A stretch of 63,357 bases of DNA, the filler included, from Olpidium bornovanus S191 (lineage: Eukaryota > Fungi > Olpidiomycota), in assembly GCA_017911155.1 (NCBI GenBank). It is 27 parts of 27 records of this genome, joined end to end, with 100 filler letters (N's around TTAATTAATTAA, not from the genome) between each part and the next. Parts side by side here need not be neighbours in the genome. Positions count along the whole stretch, not along the records: positions 37,129 to 40,537 come from JAEFCI010012001.1; positions 40,638 to 44,459 come from JAEFCI010002502.1; positions 44,560 to 46,448 come from JAEFCI010009797.1; positions 46,549 to 47,952 come from JAEFCI010006710.1; positions 48,053 to 49,434 come from JAEFCI010000196.1; positions 49,535 to 51,155 come from JAEFCI010001069.1; positions 51,256 to 53,989 come from JAEFCI010002403.1; 20 more parts are not named here. One strand, given 5' to 3'. The notes beneath the pieces are model-generated. The model saw only the letters and a list, made by a program, of their open reading frames with translations, did not search any database and had not been told where the DNA came from. Below, piece by piece: positions 40,327 through 52,269 of the stretch. Both the position numbers and the translations under genes were made by a program. Each line of letters starts with the position of its first letter. Within the stretch, counting starts at the first letter, position 1.

Positions 40327-40537
40327 CTACGCGGCGAATCCGTCGTTTCGGATATCCCTCAGCCTTACGGCGACGGCGTTGCGGTGGGCTTCGAGGCCCT
40401 CTACTTCGGCTAGGGTCATGACGGCCTCGGCGATTGCGTCCAGGCCGTCCCGAGTCAACCTCTGCGCCGTGATGTGTTTCTGGAAGGAGGCGGTGTTCAC
40501 TCCCGAGTACATCCGCGCGTACCCGTACGTCGGGAGA
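40327..40537 (-). CDS. HIS4: Histidinol dehydrogenase C-terminus (His4-type trifunctional enzyme), 5' partial
   Basis: LPTYGYARMYSGVNTASFQKHITAQ...VMTLAEVEGLEAHRNAVAVR...* matches the fungal His4/HisD C-terminus. Confidence 0.93.
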
Positions 40538-41353
40538 NNNNNNNNNNNNNNNNNNNNNNNNNNNNNNNNNNNNNNNNNNNNTTAATTAATTAANNNNNNN
40601 NNNNNNNNNNNNNNNNNNNNNNNNNNNNNNNNNNNNNAAGATATGGGGCAAAGACTAGGATAGTTTCTCCCCTGGCAAGGCCGGCCTGATTATAACGAAA
40701 CGCTGGGCCTTTCCCCTCTCCTGCCCCCCGGGAAGAGCTGGCAGGCGCGGTGACATGCGTGCTTGTCCATCCGCATAACAACGCGATTTTTGCGCGCGTG
40801 CGCTGCGGATAAGGCGAATGCCTGAGCGGCAAGCGCATTTCCGGTGGGCCCCCTATGTCCATCTTGTTTGCGCCAGCCGGGTGAAGCCGGCGACCGTAAT
40901 CCTTCCATAAACGGCGCAAGTTCGCAGCCGGCTCTTCGGGTTTCCGCTTTCCGTTGGTGGTATCGCGGAACCCGTAAAGCGAGGAAGCCCGTCACAATGA
41001 CAAGAGACCCAGAACCACTGCCGGCCACCAGCCCTCCTTCCCCGGCGAAAGTCCCGTTTGTCAAAGTGATCCCGCCGGTGCGCAACCGCCCGGGCAGTAA
41101 TCGGATTTTTTTTTTCGCGCCACTAATTTTTCTCTAGTTCGGCAGAAATCGACAGGGGCAGGGCACCCGCTAAGGACCAGCGGAAAGAATGAAGTTAACA
41201 TGGGATTCCCCCCTTTGTAGTTCGCTTCTTCGACGAAGCGCCGCGCAAGATCAGCACCAGTTCTAGAAGATGGGCGAGCTTGTCGGGTTTACGTCGGCAA
41301 AGCCAGGTCTTCCCTCGAAATTTTGCAGGCGCGCCTTGACGGCGAAAACACTT

Positions 41354-41510
41354 TGTAACAGGTAGGTGAATTTCGGAATCTGGTGGCTGTGGGAAAAAAG
41401 CAGAAGAACTGAGTATTTGGTATGAGACAACACCTGCACGGACTTTAAATAAATATGACACGAAAGAACATGATAATTCCTGGGACCTGTGACATGGTAC
41501 TGTTGGATCG
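41354..41510 (+). mobile_element. Candidate short 5' LTR (about 141 bp) plus primer-binding site
   Basis: TGTAACAG at 41354 and CTGTGACA ending at 41494 form an 8-bp terminal inverted repeat with one mismatch. AATAAA lies inside, TGGTAC follows directly at 41495, and a gag-like region lies downstream on the same strand. No second LTR was found. Confidence 0.5.
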
Positions 41511-41689
41511 CACTGATCGGAACCCCTTAATGTTTTGTATCCTTTTTATGTAGCTTTCCTCTCCGAATATGACGCGTTCTGTACGCACTCCAAAACTCTC
41601 CGAAACCAACAGCTTACGATCCCAAGTCGGACCTGGCCGTTTCCGTCAGACGCTTCCCCGTCCCCGGCTCCCGCCCGCAGCCCCCGCTT

Positions 41690-42600
41690 CGCTGCGCCCG
41701 CCAGTGCCTTCTTCCCGCAGCGCCGACTTCCCGCAGGTCCCATCCGAAGCTTCCGCCCGCAGCGCCGGCTTCCCGCAGCCCCCGTCTAAAGCCCCGCAGC
41801 CCTCGTCCGAAGCCCCGCAGCCCCCGCCCGCAGCTCTGCCAGCGCCGGCTGCCCCGCAGCACCACCGCCGACGTTTCGCTTCCAGCACCGTCGGCACCTT
41901 CGACGCTCTGCTGCTGCCGTTGACGCTTGGCCTCTGCCGTCGCCACCCTTGACGCCATCGTCTCCGGCCCCGCAGCCGCGTCGGCGATCCGCAGCGCCCG
42001 CCGCCATCGACCCTTCGCCTTCCGCATCGTCGACGCTTCGCCCGGCACAGTCGGCTTCGCTTCGGCCCCATTCGGCACTGTCGCCACCGCCTTCGACGCT
42101 TCGCCATTGGCACCGTCGACGCTTTGCCCTGCACCGTCGACGCTTCGCCCCGGCACCATCGAGCGCTTCGCCCTGGCACCGTGGCCTCACCCCCCCCCCC
42201 CCCCCCCCCCCGCCCCCCCCCCCCGGCCCCCGCGCCCCCCCCCCCCCCCCCCCCCTTCACCGGCACCATCGGCCCCTTCGCTTCGACTTCGGCGCTTCGG
42301 CCCGTTTCAGCATTCTCGTCGCTCCGCCACCGTCTTAGGCAGACCCGGCGGCACCGCTTCACCTTCCAACGCTTCGCCTCTCCATCGGCACCGTCGACGC
42401 TCCCCCCGGCACCGTCGACGCTCCCCCCGGCACCGTCGGCGCTTCGCCCCAGGCACCGTCGCTTCGCCCCCGGCACCGTCGCTTCGCCCCAGGCACGGTC
42501 GCTTCGCCCCCGGCACCGTCGCTTCGCCTTCGGCACCGTTGACGCTTTGCCCGGCACCATCGGCCCGCTTCTTTGCTTCGCTCTTCGGTATCGTCGCTTT
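41690..42600. repeat. GC-rich minisatellite upstream of gag
   Basis: Many 19-23-bp variants of CGGCACCGTCG(ACG)CTTCGCCC, clearest at 42385-42560, plus CTTCCCGCAG-type units at 41690-41830. Confidence 0.85.
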
Positions 42601-42706
42601 GCTTCGCACTTCGACGCTTCGTCCTCCCTTCAACCCCCTTCTCCGAGCGCCGCCGCTCTCCGCCTCTCTCGCTTCTGCGATCCGGAGAACCGCCGTCATC
42701 GCCATG

Positions 42707-43458
42707 CCGTTTGATAAAGGCGAGCAGAATGGTGCCTCCAAGCCGGATAAAGTGCCATTTTCTCGCAAGCTCTGCGCCTTGGGGATCCCTTCACCGTGAT
42801 TCCCACCCATCAGGTACAACCGCCCCCCGGCCTGAATGAAGTAGAGGAACTGCGTGCCGCTCTGCAAGAAGCACAGAATCAACTTCGACGCCAAGAACGC
42901 CGGCAAAGAACCAACAGTAGTCAAAACCCCATGCAGGGGCTGCTTAATAGCGACTTTCTCAAGTTGGTTTTTGCCGAGATTAATAAGTTCAATGGCAAGG
43001 GCCCGATCATTGCCACAGATTTACGCTTGTCATCACAAAAATGGAAAGATTTTTAAACTCAGTTGCACAGGCGTTACCACACAAGCGGATCTAGCTGCAA
43101 CCAAGTTTGACGGTGTGCCCGCCACTCTTTGGTTCAACCACCTTAAGACTTTCCAAGACGAGGATGATGCCACATGGGCGGACATGAAAGGTCCGCTGCA
43201 AATGCATTACCGCAACGACGACGAGTTTATGGAACGTCCAGGAGACTGCAAAGATTGAAGCAAACTGGTTCTGTCATTGAGTATACCGCCCAGTTCAACA
43301 TACTAAACTACCTTCTTGAAGGCGCTTTGAGCTTAAGGGCATTGACAATGCAATACTTTGATAACCTGGCAGATTACGTAAAGCGGGCCATTGCCGCAGT
43401 CCCAGGGAATCTGGATGGCCTGAACATTTGTCAAAGCGCTGTACTACAGTTTGATTAA
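42707..43458 (+). mobile_element. Degenerate Ty3/gypsy-like gag
   Basis: Frameshifted segments: coiled-coil EELRAALQEAQNQLRRQE, INKFNGKG, ATLWFNHL...TWADMK and RRLQRLKQTGSVIEYTAQFNIL...QYFDNL (Retrotrans_gag-like). Confidence 0.75.
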
Positions 43459-43849
43459 CGTAGTCTCTATTTCGCAGCCGAACAAGCGTGAAGACCTTGC
43501 TGTGCCTGCATTTTAGTGCATTTGAGGAGTGGATTCACTTGCGACCCGGAATAAATAAAAAAAACAACTTGGCTGTTCCGTGCGATGGCAGCAAGTAATG
43601 CCATTTCTGCTTTCGCTTCTTGATGTAATTGGCCTCGGGAGTGCTCCGTCTTCTTGTCGAATTCCAGACGGTATTGTACATTTTTTTTGGATAATCTTCT
43701 TCGTCATTCCGGGAAAGAAACGTCAACAGGAGTGCAGAAGTGCAAGCTTGCTGGGTCCACGGGTCAGCCGTTGTTGTCGCTCACGTCGCTGGTAACCTCG
43801 CACTTCAGACCCTCCAGTTTCAGCCAGCTCGATCTCATCAGACGCGAGC

Positions 43850-44070
43850 GTTTTGCACAAAACCTTTGCCGTAGTGAACCCGCCGGCGCTGGTTCGTCCG
43901 CCGGCGAAACATTGTCCTCGCACATCTCAACCGGGGCTTTGGACGAAGAAACTGTACGTGGAGCAACCAGAAGGATTTCTACGTCTGACGTCGATAAGAA
44001 AGGTGTGCCGAACTCGCCCGAGCAAGTTTTTGTGGATGGAAGCAAAAGCGGGGCCGTGTGTTTGTTTGTG
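43850..44070 (+). mobile_element. Ty1/copia reverse transcriptase relic
   Basis: Across frameshifts: KTFAVVN; AHLN / GALDEE / LYVEQPEGF; KVCR; CGWKQ..GRV. This matches copia RT ETFAPV...AFLNGxLDEEIYMEQPEGF...KVCRLxKSLYGLKQxxRxW. Confidence 0.7.
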
Positions 44071-44691
44071 CTCGGCCGAGGAAGGCGGGTCGCTGGCACA
44101 GAGGAAACAACACCCGGCGGTTGCGGAAACCATTGAACCGGGAGGCCGCGCGCGGCAGGGCTCGCTCCGTTAAAAAGGAGAAACCCGACTTGCGGCCGAT
44201 AACGAAAACCCCCTGTTTCAAGCCCACCCGTTGCGAGCAGGGAGGACAGGGAAGTTTCCGACTTCCGGGCGTTATAGCCCCAAAAAACTGTCCTGCGAAA
44301 GCAATGCCGAATTTAAAACCGCGGCTTGGCGACTGCGTGAACTCTGAGGGCGAGAAGCGGTAAAAAATGGTGGATTACGTCGAACGGTGTTGGCGAAAGC
44401 CGTCCGACGGACAAATCATCAACCGGGGTGTGCCCCCCTCCCCCCCCCCGACCCCCGATNNNNNNNNNNNNNNNNNNNNNNNNNNNNNNNNNNNNNNNNN
44501 NNNTTAATTAATTAANNNNNNNNNNNNNNNNNNNNNNNNNNNNNNNNNNNNNNNNNNNNCATGCCAGGCGGTGGGCTAGTGTTTGGACCCTTCGCGGGAA
44601 GGGCTCAAAGTCGGCTGCGCGTTTTCGCTGCGACGTGGTGTATCGAAGAGTGCCCCGGGTGGGCGGCGTTCGGGAGATAGGAACCGCGGCG

Positions 44692-46102
44692 TCACGACGG
44701 GCCCTTTTTTGGTTGTTTTTGCGTTTTACGCGAACGCAACCCTATGCAGCAACCGCGCGGTCGCGCGCGATCAGCGTGAAAACCTGCGGCGGCGTCGCGC
44801 TGGCCGGCTTTTCGATCCACACGGGGTAGCCCGCGGGCAGCGGAAGGCGGCGGTTTGGGGCCTTCGTTGAAGACCGCGACCATGCCCATGGCGAAGTGGG
44901 CGACGATGTGGCAGTGGAAGGGCCGCATGCCTGGGCGACGAACCTGACGACCCAGCCGCACGGGGTGCCGAGGTCCAGGGGCGGCTGGAAGTAGGCCCCG
45001 TCGGAAGGGTAGACGATGACGGTGTCGCGCAGGAGGGGCCGGCGGCCCGCCGAAGCGGCCGCCGCCGCGGCGTCGGGCGAAGCAGGGTCGTACGCGCCGG
45101 CCCCGCGCCCGACGTCCCAGAACGAGTGGCCGTGGAGGTGCTAGGGTGGCTCCTTGCAGACGCCGTTCAAGCCCGCGGCGTTCCCAAGCACGACGTCGAC
45201 GACTTCCCCGGTGGACAGGCCGATCGGCCTGCTGCCCCCGGGCAGCCGGCCGACAGTGCCGTCGTACGCGGACCGGAGCATGGCCTTCTCCGGGACGCGG
45301 AACGCCGTGCTGTTGACGGCCGACTTGATGCGGCCGTCGATCACGACCTGCTCCCCGGTGAGACTGATGGTGCGGTTCGCGGCGGCCGGCATGCGGGCCT
45401 TCTCTTTCGCGGGGCGCAAGCCGCGGGAGGACCCGCACGGCGCTCTCCCCGGTATCACCGGCAGTGCCGACCCGTCGGTGGCGAGGGACTTGGCGTCCAG
45501 TTGGAGGTTCCCGCCGGCGGAGGCGGCGGCTCCCGCGTATTGGAAGATCACCCTGTCCGTCCACCGGGCCCACGGGTCGCCACATGACCTCCGCGTGCGT
45601 CCCCTAGGCGCCCGGGACCTGATCCGCCTCGACGATGACGCTGTACCGCTGGCCGGCGTTGATTTCCATGTGACCGACCTCGAGCGGCTCCACCAGCGTC
45701 CCGTCGGTTGTGACCGCCTATCGCGAACCCGAAATACCCGAAGGTCTCCGCGTTGATGACACGGAAACGGTACCTCTTGCCGGCGGTGACCTCGGTGACG
45801 GCCATTCCCGCGCACTCCGCTCTGCACGCCGGCGCCGCCGCCCCGCTTCCGCCGCCGCCGCACTCGGCGGAAACTGCCCGGCCGTTCGTCAAGGTCGGCC
45901 CCGCGTCTCCGACCCAGGTGAAGTTCCGTGACAGGACGCGGGCCTCCTGCGCCGGCTCGTGGGTGTGCCACCAGTCGGAGAGCATGAAGACGCGTTCGTC
46001 GTCGTACTCCATTTGGGTTTGATTCGTCTCCCTTGACGACGATGGCGCCGAACACGCCTCTGCTCCAGGAACCCTTGGTGCGCGTGGTACATGTGGGTCC
46101 CG
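44692..46102 (-). pseudogene. Multicopper oxidase (ascorbate oxidase/laccase-like) pseudogene
   Basis: Motifs GTHMYHAH, VFMLSDWWH, GKRYRFRVINA, EINAGQRYSVIV, P*HLHGHSFW, RDTVIVYP and PFHCHIVAHFAMGM are spread over different frames. In-frame TAG stops at 45604-45606 and 45141-45143, plus several frameshifts. Confidence 0.85.
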
Positions 46103-46271
46103 CTGTTGGGGGGAAAAGGGTGCGGCGCGCCAAAAAAAAAAAAAAAAAAAAAAAAAACGGAAAAGAGAATATAAACAAATAAAAGATAATCGGAAACAGA
46201 TGGGAACAGCGCGTCAGGTTGGTAAAGGGATTGTGCGCGAACACACAAAACAACCACGCGCAAAACAACCC

Positions 46272-46390
46272 TAGGGTTCCTACCCGCGGGGTCGGGTACG
46301 GGTTTTGCCTAAACCCAAACCCGTACCCGTGGCGGTTTGAAGAACCCGCGCCGGTACCCGAGCAGCTTCAGCGAAACCCGTACCCGTACT
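46272..46390. mobile_element. Probable end of a hAT-like non-autonomous element (MITE)
   Basis: Starts TAGGG. Subterminal motif CGGGTACGGGTTT (46293-46305) has its exact reverse complement AAACCCGTACCCG at 46317-46329 and 46374-46386. Only one end is visible. Confidence 0.5.
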
Positions 46391-47660
46391 ATTGAACTTT
46401 ACTTCTGCTGATATTCATTCGTAATTTGCTTTTCTTTTTTAGTACATGNNNNNNNNNNNNNNNNNNNNNNNNNNNNNNNNNNNNNNNNNNNNTTAATTAA
46501 TTAANNNNNNNNNNNNNNNNNNNNNNNNNNNNNNNNNNNNNNNNNNNNCATGTTTTGCAACCCCGTGCCAATCACGCCGCACGCAAATATTACACCAAAA
46601 TATTTGAACGGTCAGGCAACGACCTGACGGTGACGATAATGTGCGGCTGCTTTTTCTTATGATACCAAGTTATGAGAGCGAAAATTTGAAGGCGGGATTT
46701 TGCCGTCGCTGGTCTCGGCCGACTGGAAATGACAGAATATCTCGCAAAATCAGCCCGCTTTCCGCCCGTTCGTTCGTTGTTTTCCCGGTGAAAACTCACT
46801 TTGCGCGCGATATGGAGAGCCCCGTTTCGGATACCTCCTCCGGACAATCCTCTCGGGGCCTTTTGTTTTTTGTTTCCCTGAACAACTTGCCCTGCCTGAA
46901 ACGCGCGGCCAGGGAGCCCGAGGGGCCCACGGGAAGTGGCTGATTTGACCGACGTCACCCACGGGTCAACGAGCGCCGGAGAACGTCGGGAAAGAGCATG
47001 CCCTCGCCCCGAAGGAGAGGCGGCGCCGAAACACGCGTGACGGCAAAGGAGAAAGCGCTTTGATCACAGTGCAGCATTGTAATGTAGCTACAATCGTGTT
47101 CCGGTTGGTCAAAAAAAAAAGAAAAAGTACAACCTTTCCATTCCCCCCGGCCCGGCGAATTGCCCTTCCCACTACCTCAAACGCAGCCGACTTCGCCGCA
47201 GACCCGAACAGCGGCAGGGGCGGCGACCTTCAGGTTGGGAAGGCCTTGGGGGTGAGGGCGCCCTTCGGCCGTTTGAAAGTGGAGAATTCCATCCGACTGG
47301 TTACCGTGCGGACGTGGGCGTCGAGGCGCCGGTTGGGAGCGTGCAGGGCGCCCGTTACCGGCTCTCTTACACAAAAAGCGCGCCGGGGCCCCCCCGCCGG
47401 TCAAACTACACTGGGACTCGATAGTTTTGCGGGGTGGGCGAAGGCCGCGTTTCAGCGACGAAAATGAGGGCCGGGATTTTCGCCCTTTTTCCGCGCGGTC
47501 TGCCCCTCAAAATTTGTTTTGCCGCGGTTCCCAAACCTTCGGGGGGCGGGGGGGTTCGAAGGAACACGTTTCGGATCGGGCGTAATCAAAATCCAGCCGG
47601 CGATAGCGGCGGCGGCGGGAAAAAAAAAAAAAAAAAAAACCCCACAAACCCCCCCCCCCC

Positions 47661-47694
<34 letters not shown>

Positions 47695-47868
47695 GGGGAG
47701 TGTCCGCCGGGCCTTGTGGCCCCGAGTCGGCCGAAACGCGACGATGTCGGGCTGCTTTGCGCCGAAGAACTCGTTACCGCCGAAAGCAGGGGCGTACAAG
47801 CGGCGAGACGTCGGAGACAAGAAGGAGATATCCAGTTGCGTTTTTTTTTATTTATCATTCCTTTCTCC

Positions 47869-47942
<74 letters not shown>

Positions 47943-48182
47943 CTCTCCTCCCNNNNNNNNNNNNNNNNNNNNNNNNNNNNNNNNNNNNNNNNNNNNTTAA
48001 TTAATTAANNNNNNNNNNNNNNNNNNNNNNNNNNNNNNNNNNNNNNNNNNNNTGAGAGGACGACAGTTGGGACGAAAAGAAAAAAACCGGAAAGGGAAAA
48101 AAAAAAAATGGGGGGGAGAAAATAAAAAAGGGGGGGGACGGGGCCAAATGAAAAAAGAAAGGAGAAAAGAAAAAGTTAAGAA

Positions 48183-48231
<49 letters not shown>

Positions 48232-49534
48232 GGGGGTGGGGGGGCCCCCCGGCCCTTCCCCCCCGAGGGGCCCCAAAGCCCCCCCTACGGGGGGGGGGAT
48301 TTAAAGGTTTAATCCGGAAAAAAAAAAAAAAAAAAAAAAAAAAAAGCGTGGAAACAGAGAAGTGCTGGAAACCACGGTCGCGCGCGGGGTTTGCTGCCTG
48401 GTCCCTCTCCGGCTCCCCGCCGGCGAGGTGCCGTTTTTTAACGTCGGAAAGAGGGAAAGCCCCAGAAACGGAAAAATCCCCGGTGGGAGCAACAAATGTT
48501 TTGTTTCGCTTGCAGTTTTTTGGCGCGTTTCTTGGGGGGGGGGGGGGGGGGGGGTCGTATCTGTTAACGTCTTCTCATCTTCGAAACCCAAGTATACGAA
48601 AAAAAAACCTTGACCGGAGCTACCGCAAAAGCAACTGCTTGAGAGCGACGTAACGTTCATTTTCCTGACCCTCTTCCTGCCTTCGTTCAATCGGCGTGAT
48701 CGCCGGTGATCAGAACCGCCTTGTTGCAGGAAAAATCCCGGGGGGGCGACGAGCTGACACGTTGGGCGGGTGTGCGCTCGCCCGTTGGAAATTCGCCGTC
48801 GACGAAACGACGAGCGTAATAAGTCGCGGAGGGGGCGCTGTCGGACGCCGTCGGCCCGCGCCCCGCCTCGTTTTGTGACGCCGAGTGCCGGCTGCCGGGG
48901 GAAAGGCGGGGTTCCGAAGGGGCCCGCGACGGCGCGAATGCCGCGACGAGCCGCGCTTGAAAGCGGCCGGCCGTGTCGCTCTTGCGGTGGGAACATTTCC
49001 GGAGCACTGGTGAAAGGGTTCAAGCCCCGGCTGCGTAGAAAGCACCCCTCCCTCCTCCCTCGCAACGTGCGGAATAAATGAACGCCGCCGCCGCGACTCT
49101 TCCGGTGGAACGTGCGGCACGGAAAACTCTTTCCTTTCCCCGGCGCGTAGGGAAGGGTTTGGCAAAAAAAAAAAAAATGCGATTGTTGAACGATTTTGGA
49201 CGGGGGGAGGGGGGGGGGGTTGGTTTGTACGGCGGCAGGAATAAGCGTTACGTGGTAACATCGTAAAATCCCGTGAACTCTATTGAGTCCCAAATCACCA
49301 AACCGCCTTTTGACATGCAGTGACCGACACTGCCGCTAAACCCAAAAATCGTCTCCAAATCAAATCGGCCACAGAGACAGGTGCCCGCCAGTCGAACGAC
49401 TGCGCCTATCATCCTTCCCGGGAATTCCCCAGAANNNNNNNNNNNNNNNNNNNNNNNNNNNNNNNNNNNNNNNNNNNNTTAATTAATTAANNNNNNNNNN
49501 NNNNNNNNNNNNNNNNNNNNNNNNNNNNNNNNNN

Positions 49535-51155
49535 CATGCTTTTTATAAATCGAGTTTCACGCAAAGTTGGCGTCGGCAGCACGGCATTAATGAGCGGCAT
49601 AAGTTTCTCGTCAGCCCTCGCCACGGCAAACGCCTTCCGAATTTCCGCCGATTTTTGGTCATCCGGCTGGGCGTCGGAGGATACGGATGTGCGGGATGCG
49701 TCCACCAATGAGGAATTCGACGCGCCGGCGGCGAACCGGGGGGACGTCCTTATCGAAAATCTCCTTCCCCCCAAGGTCGCGAAAGGGTACTCCACGACGG
49801 CATCACTATTCAACTGCGGAATTGAGGCCCTAATCCTCCCGACACTGGAACGGCGATTCCTGTCGGGCTGGGGGATACTCAGAGTGCTGGCAACAGGAGT
49901 GGAACATCTTTTTGCACGCAAGGGCGAGGTCTTATCTGACTTGAGCGGGGCGGCCGCTGGTTCCTCCGCCGCTGTCGTGTCCATCACTTCCGCGTGCATC
50001 GCAAGCATTCTGATAATCGTCGGCATTATCGAGTAAAACACGAAACCGCTGGTGTGCAGCTCAGGTTCCGTGGCTGGGAAACGCCGTTGCGGAAAATTTT
50101 GCACCACAGGCGTTTGCATACGTAAAAGGCGGAACCAAACAAAACCGTCACCGTACAGCTTACCTTGCGCCCCAGCAATGACAGCACCCCGCTCAGCTAG
50201 CTCGTTGGCAACAAACTCGGTAAAGTGGCTCTTTCCGGAGCCGCTCGGCCCTACGGTCATTTGGTGAGTGATTCGTTATTTCTCCGGCACTCCGGCTCAG
50301 TCTCCGGACGGGGAGGGGAAGGGAGACTCACCCTCCACAATCAGTGTGCGCCGCTCTTTCCGGTTAAACCACGCGTCTATTGCCTGCATGGCTTCCTGCC
50401 TCTCGGCGGGGTACCCGATCATGGTGCCGTTGAAGGTCGAGTTGGTCAATTGCTTTGCGTACATGTTCTGTAAGCGCCACAAAGGAACCGGATCTGGTTT
50501 TCCTTTCAACTATGCGCGTTGAAGGGTGCAATGCGGTGTAGATGTTCAGTTGAAGGAATAATCTCCTCCGTGCGGTCTGGCAAAAGCGCTGGCACCGAGA
50601 CGTACCACTTTCAGACCCATGTCTTCAAACGCAAATATTCTCAAGTTTTTTACTCTGATATAGCTCGCTTCGTCGAGTAAGATGGAGCATTGATCCTCAT
50701 GTTCAGAAGACAAGCACATCAACCGGGCGGAGACGTTGACGGCATCCCCCAAACACGTTACGAATGTTCGGGACTGCGTTTCGGCGGATTGATCATATCC
50801 GATTATTGTGTAGAAAACGTGTCCGGAAGCGACGCCGATTGCTGCCGGTGGCAGATTTTCGTCTGCAATCGTGCGGCGCAAGTCCCAGCAGAACGCCAAA
50901 GCCGCCGCGGCGTCATTGGCGGACTTCCACGGCGGCAAACCGAAAAATGCCAAGATGGTCTGGCCTTTAGGGTAACCAAAAAAAAAAAAAAAAAAAGGGA
51001 AAGCCTGGCGGGATCGTCATCGTCGAATAGAACACGCGTGTAAAACTCGATGCACATTGAGGCGCGAAGACGCCCCGGCTGACCTTTGTCGTCCACCGAA
51101 AATTGCTGAAGAACTCCCTTGTGGTCTTTCAGCAGCGGCACGACCTTCTGCATGA
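49535..51155 (-). CDS. Soluble adenylyl cyclase-like protein (ADCY10 type): second class III cyclase domain followed by P-loop NTPase; internal fragment
   Basis: GVLQQFSVDDKG | QTILAFFGLPP...AIGVASGHVFYTIIG...TCLGDAVNVSARLM is the cyclase domain. KGKPDPVPLWRL...MIGYPAERQ...TLIVEGES | GSGKSHF assembles a Walker A motif across an intron. Confidence 0.85.
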
Positions 51156-52269
51156 NNNNNNNNNNNNNNNNNNNNNNNNNNNNNNNNNNNNNNNNNNNNT
51201 TAATTAATTAANNNNNNNNNNNNNNNNNNNNNNNNNNNNNNNNNNNNNNNNNNNNCATGACCGAGACCAAAGAAAGCAGGTTTTCAAGGCGGCGCAGAGC
51301 CTCTTATTTGTGGGACGGTTTATGTTAAGAGTGGGCGATTACGCGTTTTGAGGGAGAGGGAGAGAGAGCGGGAGGGAGGAAAGTCGGCTACCGTTCGCGT
51401 GGGTTCGCACGTGTCTAGGGGAGGAAAGAATGGGCCTACGCGTAATACAAAATTATTCCGTGGCAACCGACTTCCCACTCTTTTACAATAGTTGGAATTC
51501 TATGCTTGGTTTCTGGAATTTAATGTGCGGCTCTTGGTTTCCTCACGACTTCTCCCGTTTTCCCCTTGTACCCGTCGTTCCCCTTCACTACACCGCGACG
51601 GAAAGTACGGGGGGGGTGCTGTGGCACAGTCCCGGCCGCCCGCCGAGGACCTCAGTCGGGCGGCGGGAAGCTCCGATGGAGGACGGTCACGTGATCCGTG
51701 ACCCAGCCCGGAAACTAGCCCCCATCTGCAGTAACCCGGCCACAGGGGGCACCGCCGCCAACCCCATCCCCCCTTGATGATGGGACTGCCCCACGGGCAC
51801 AGTCCTGTGACCATGGAGCCCCGTGTGGGAACCGCTCCCGCGCGGACGACCGCCGGGACCCGTGCGGACGACCGCCAGCATCCACGCGGATGCCTGCGGA
51901 GAATGACGCGGCGCAGCACGATGCCTGGCGCGCGTCATCACATAAATAGCGCCCTGTTCATTTTGTAGCTCCACACTTTTTCCGTTGTACTTCTCTGCGG
52001 ACGAATCTTACCGAACTCGCCAGCCTTCGTCACCTTACCCGTAGCATCCAGCTCGGACAGGATTTCAAAATACAGAGACTTGAATCTAGCCGCAGTACAG
52101 CGAATTGGCGTGCTATCGGCATTAATGGTGTCCTGTCTGGCCGGTGGTGACTAACAGCTATGTGTGAAGAGATGGCGGAATTGGCAGCAATTGAAGAGCA
52201 CTGACCAGGGAGGCTACCTGCAACCTAGAGCACATTCAGCTTTTTGACGGCTGCGGCATCCCTGTACGG

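Noticed and set aside
40690-40830. RVVMRMDKHACH resembling a pogo/Tc1 DDE motif
   Set aside because: It is a single weak motif without supporting upstream or downstream blocks.
41537-41545. GTATCCTTT, a perfect U12-type 5' splice site
   Set aside because: It lies in the leader of a retroelement relic with no flanking exon or U12 branch point, so it is probably chance.
41614-42799. Several long overlapping ORFs on both strands
   Set aside because: They arise from a stop-poor GC minisatellite and have no protein-family features.
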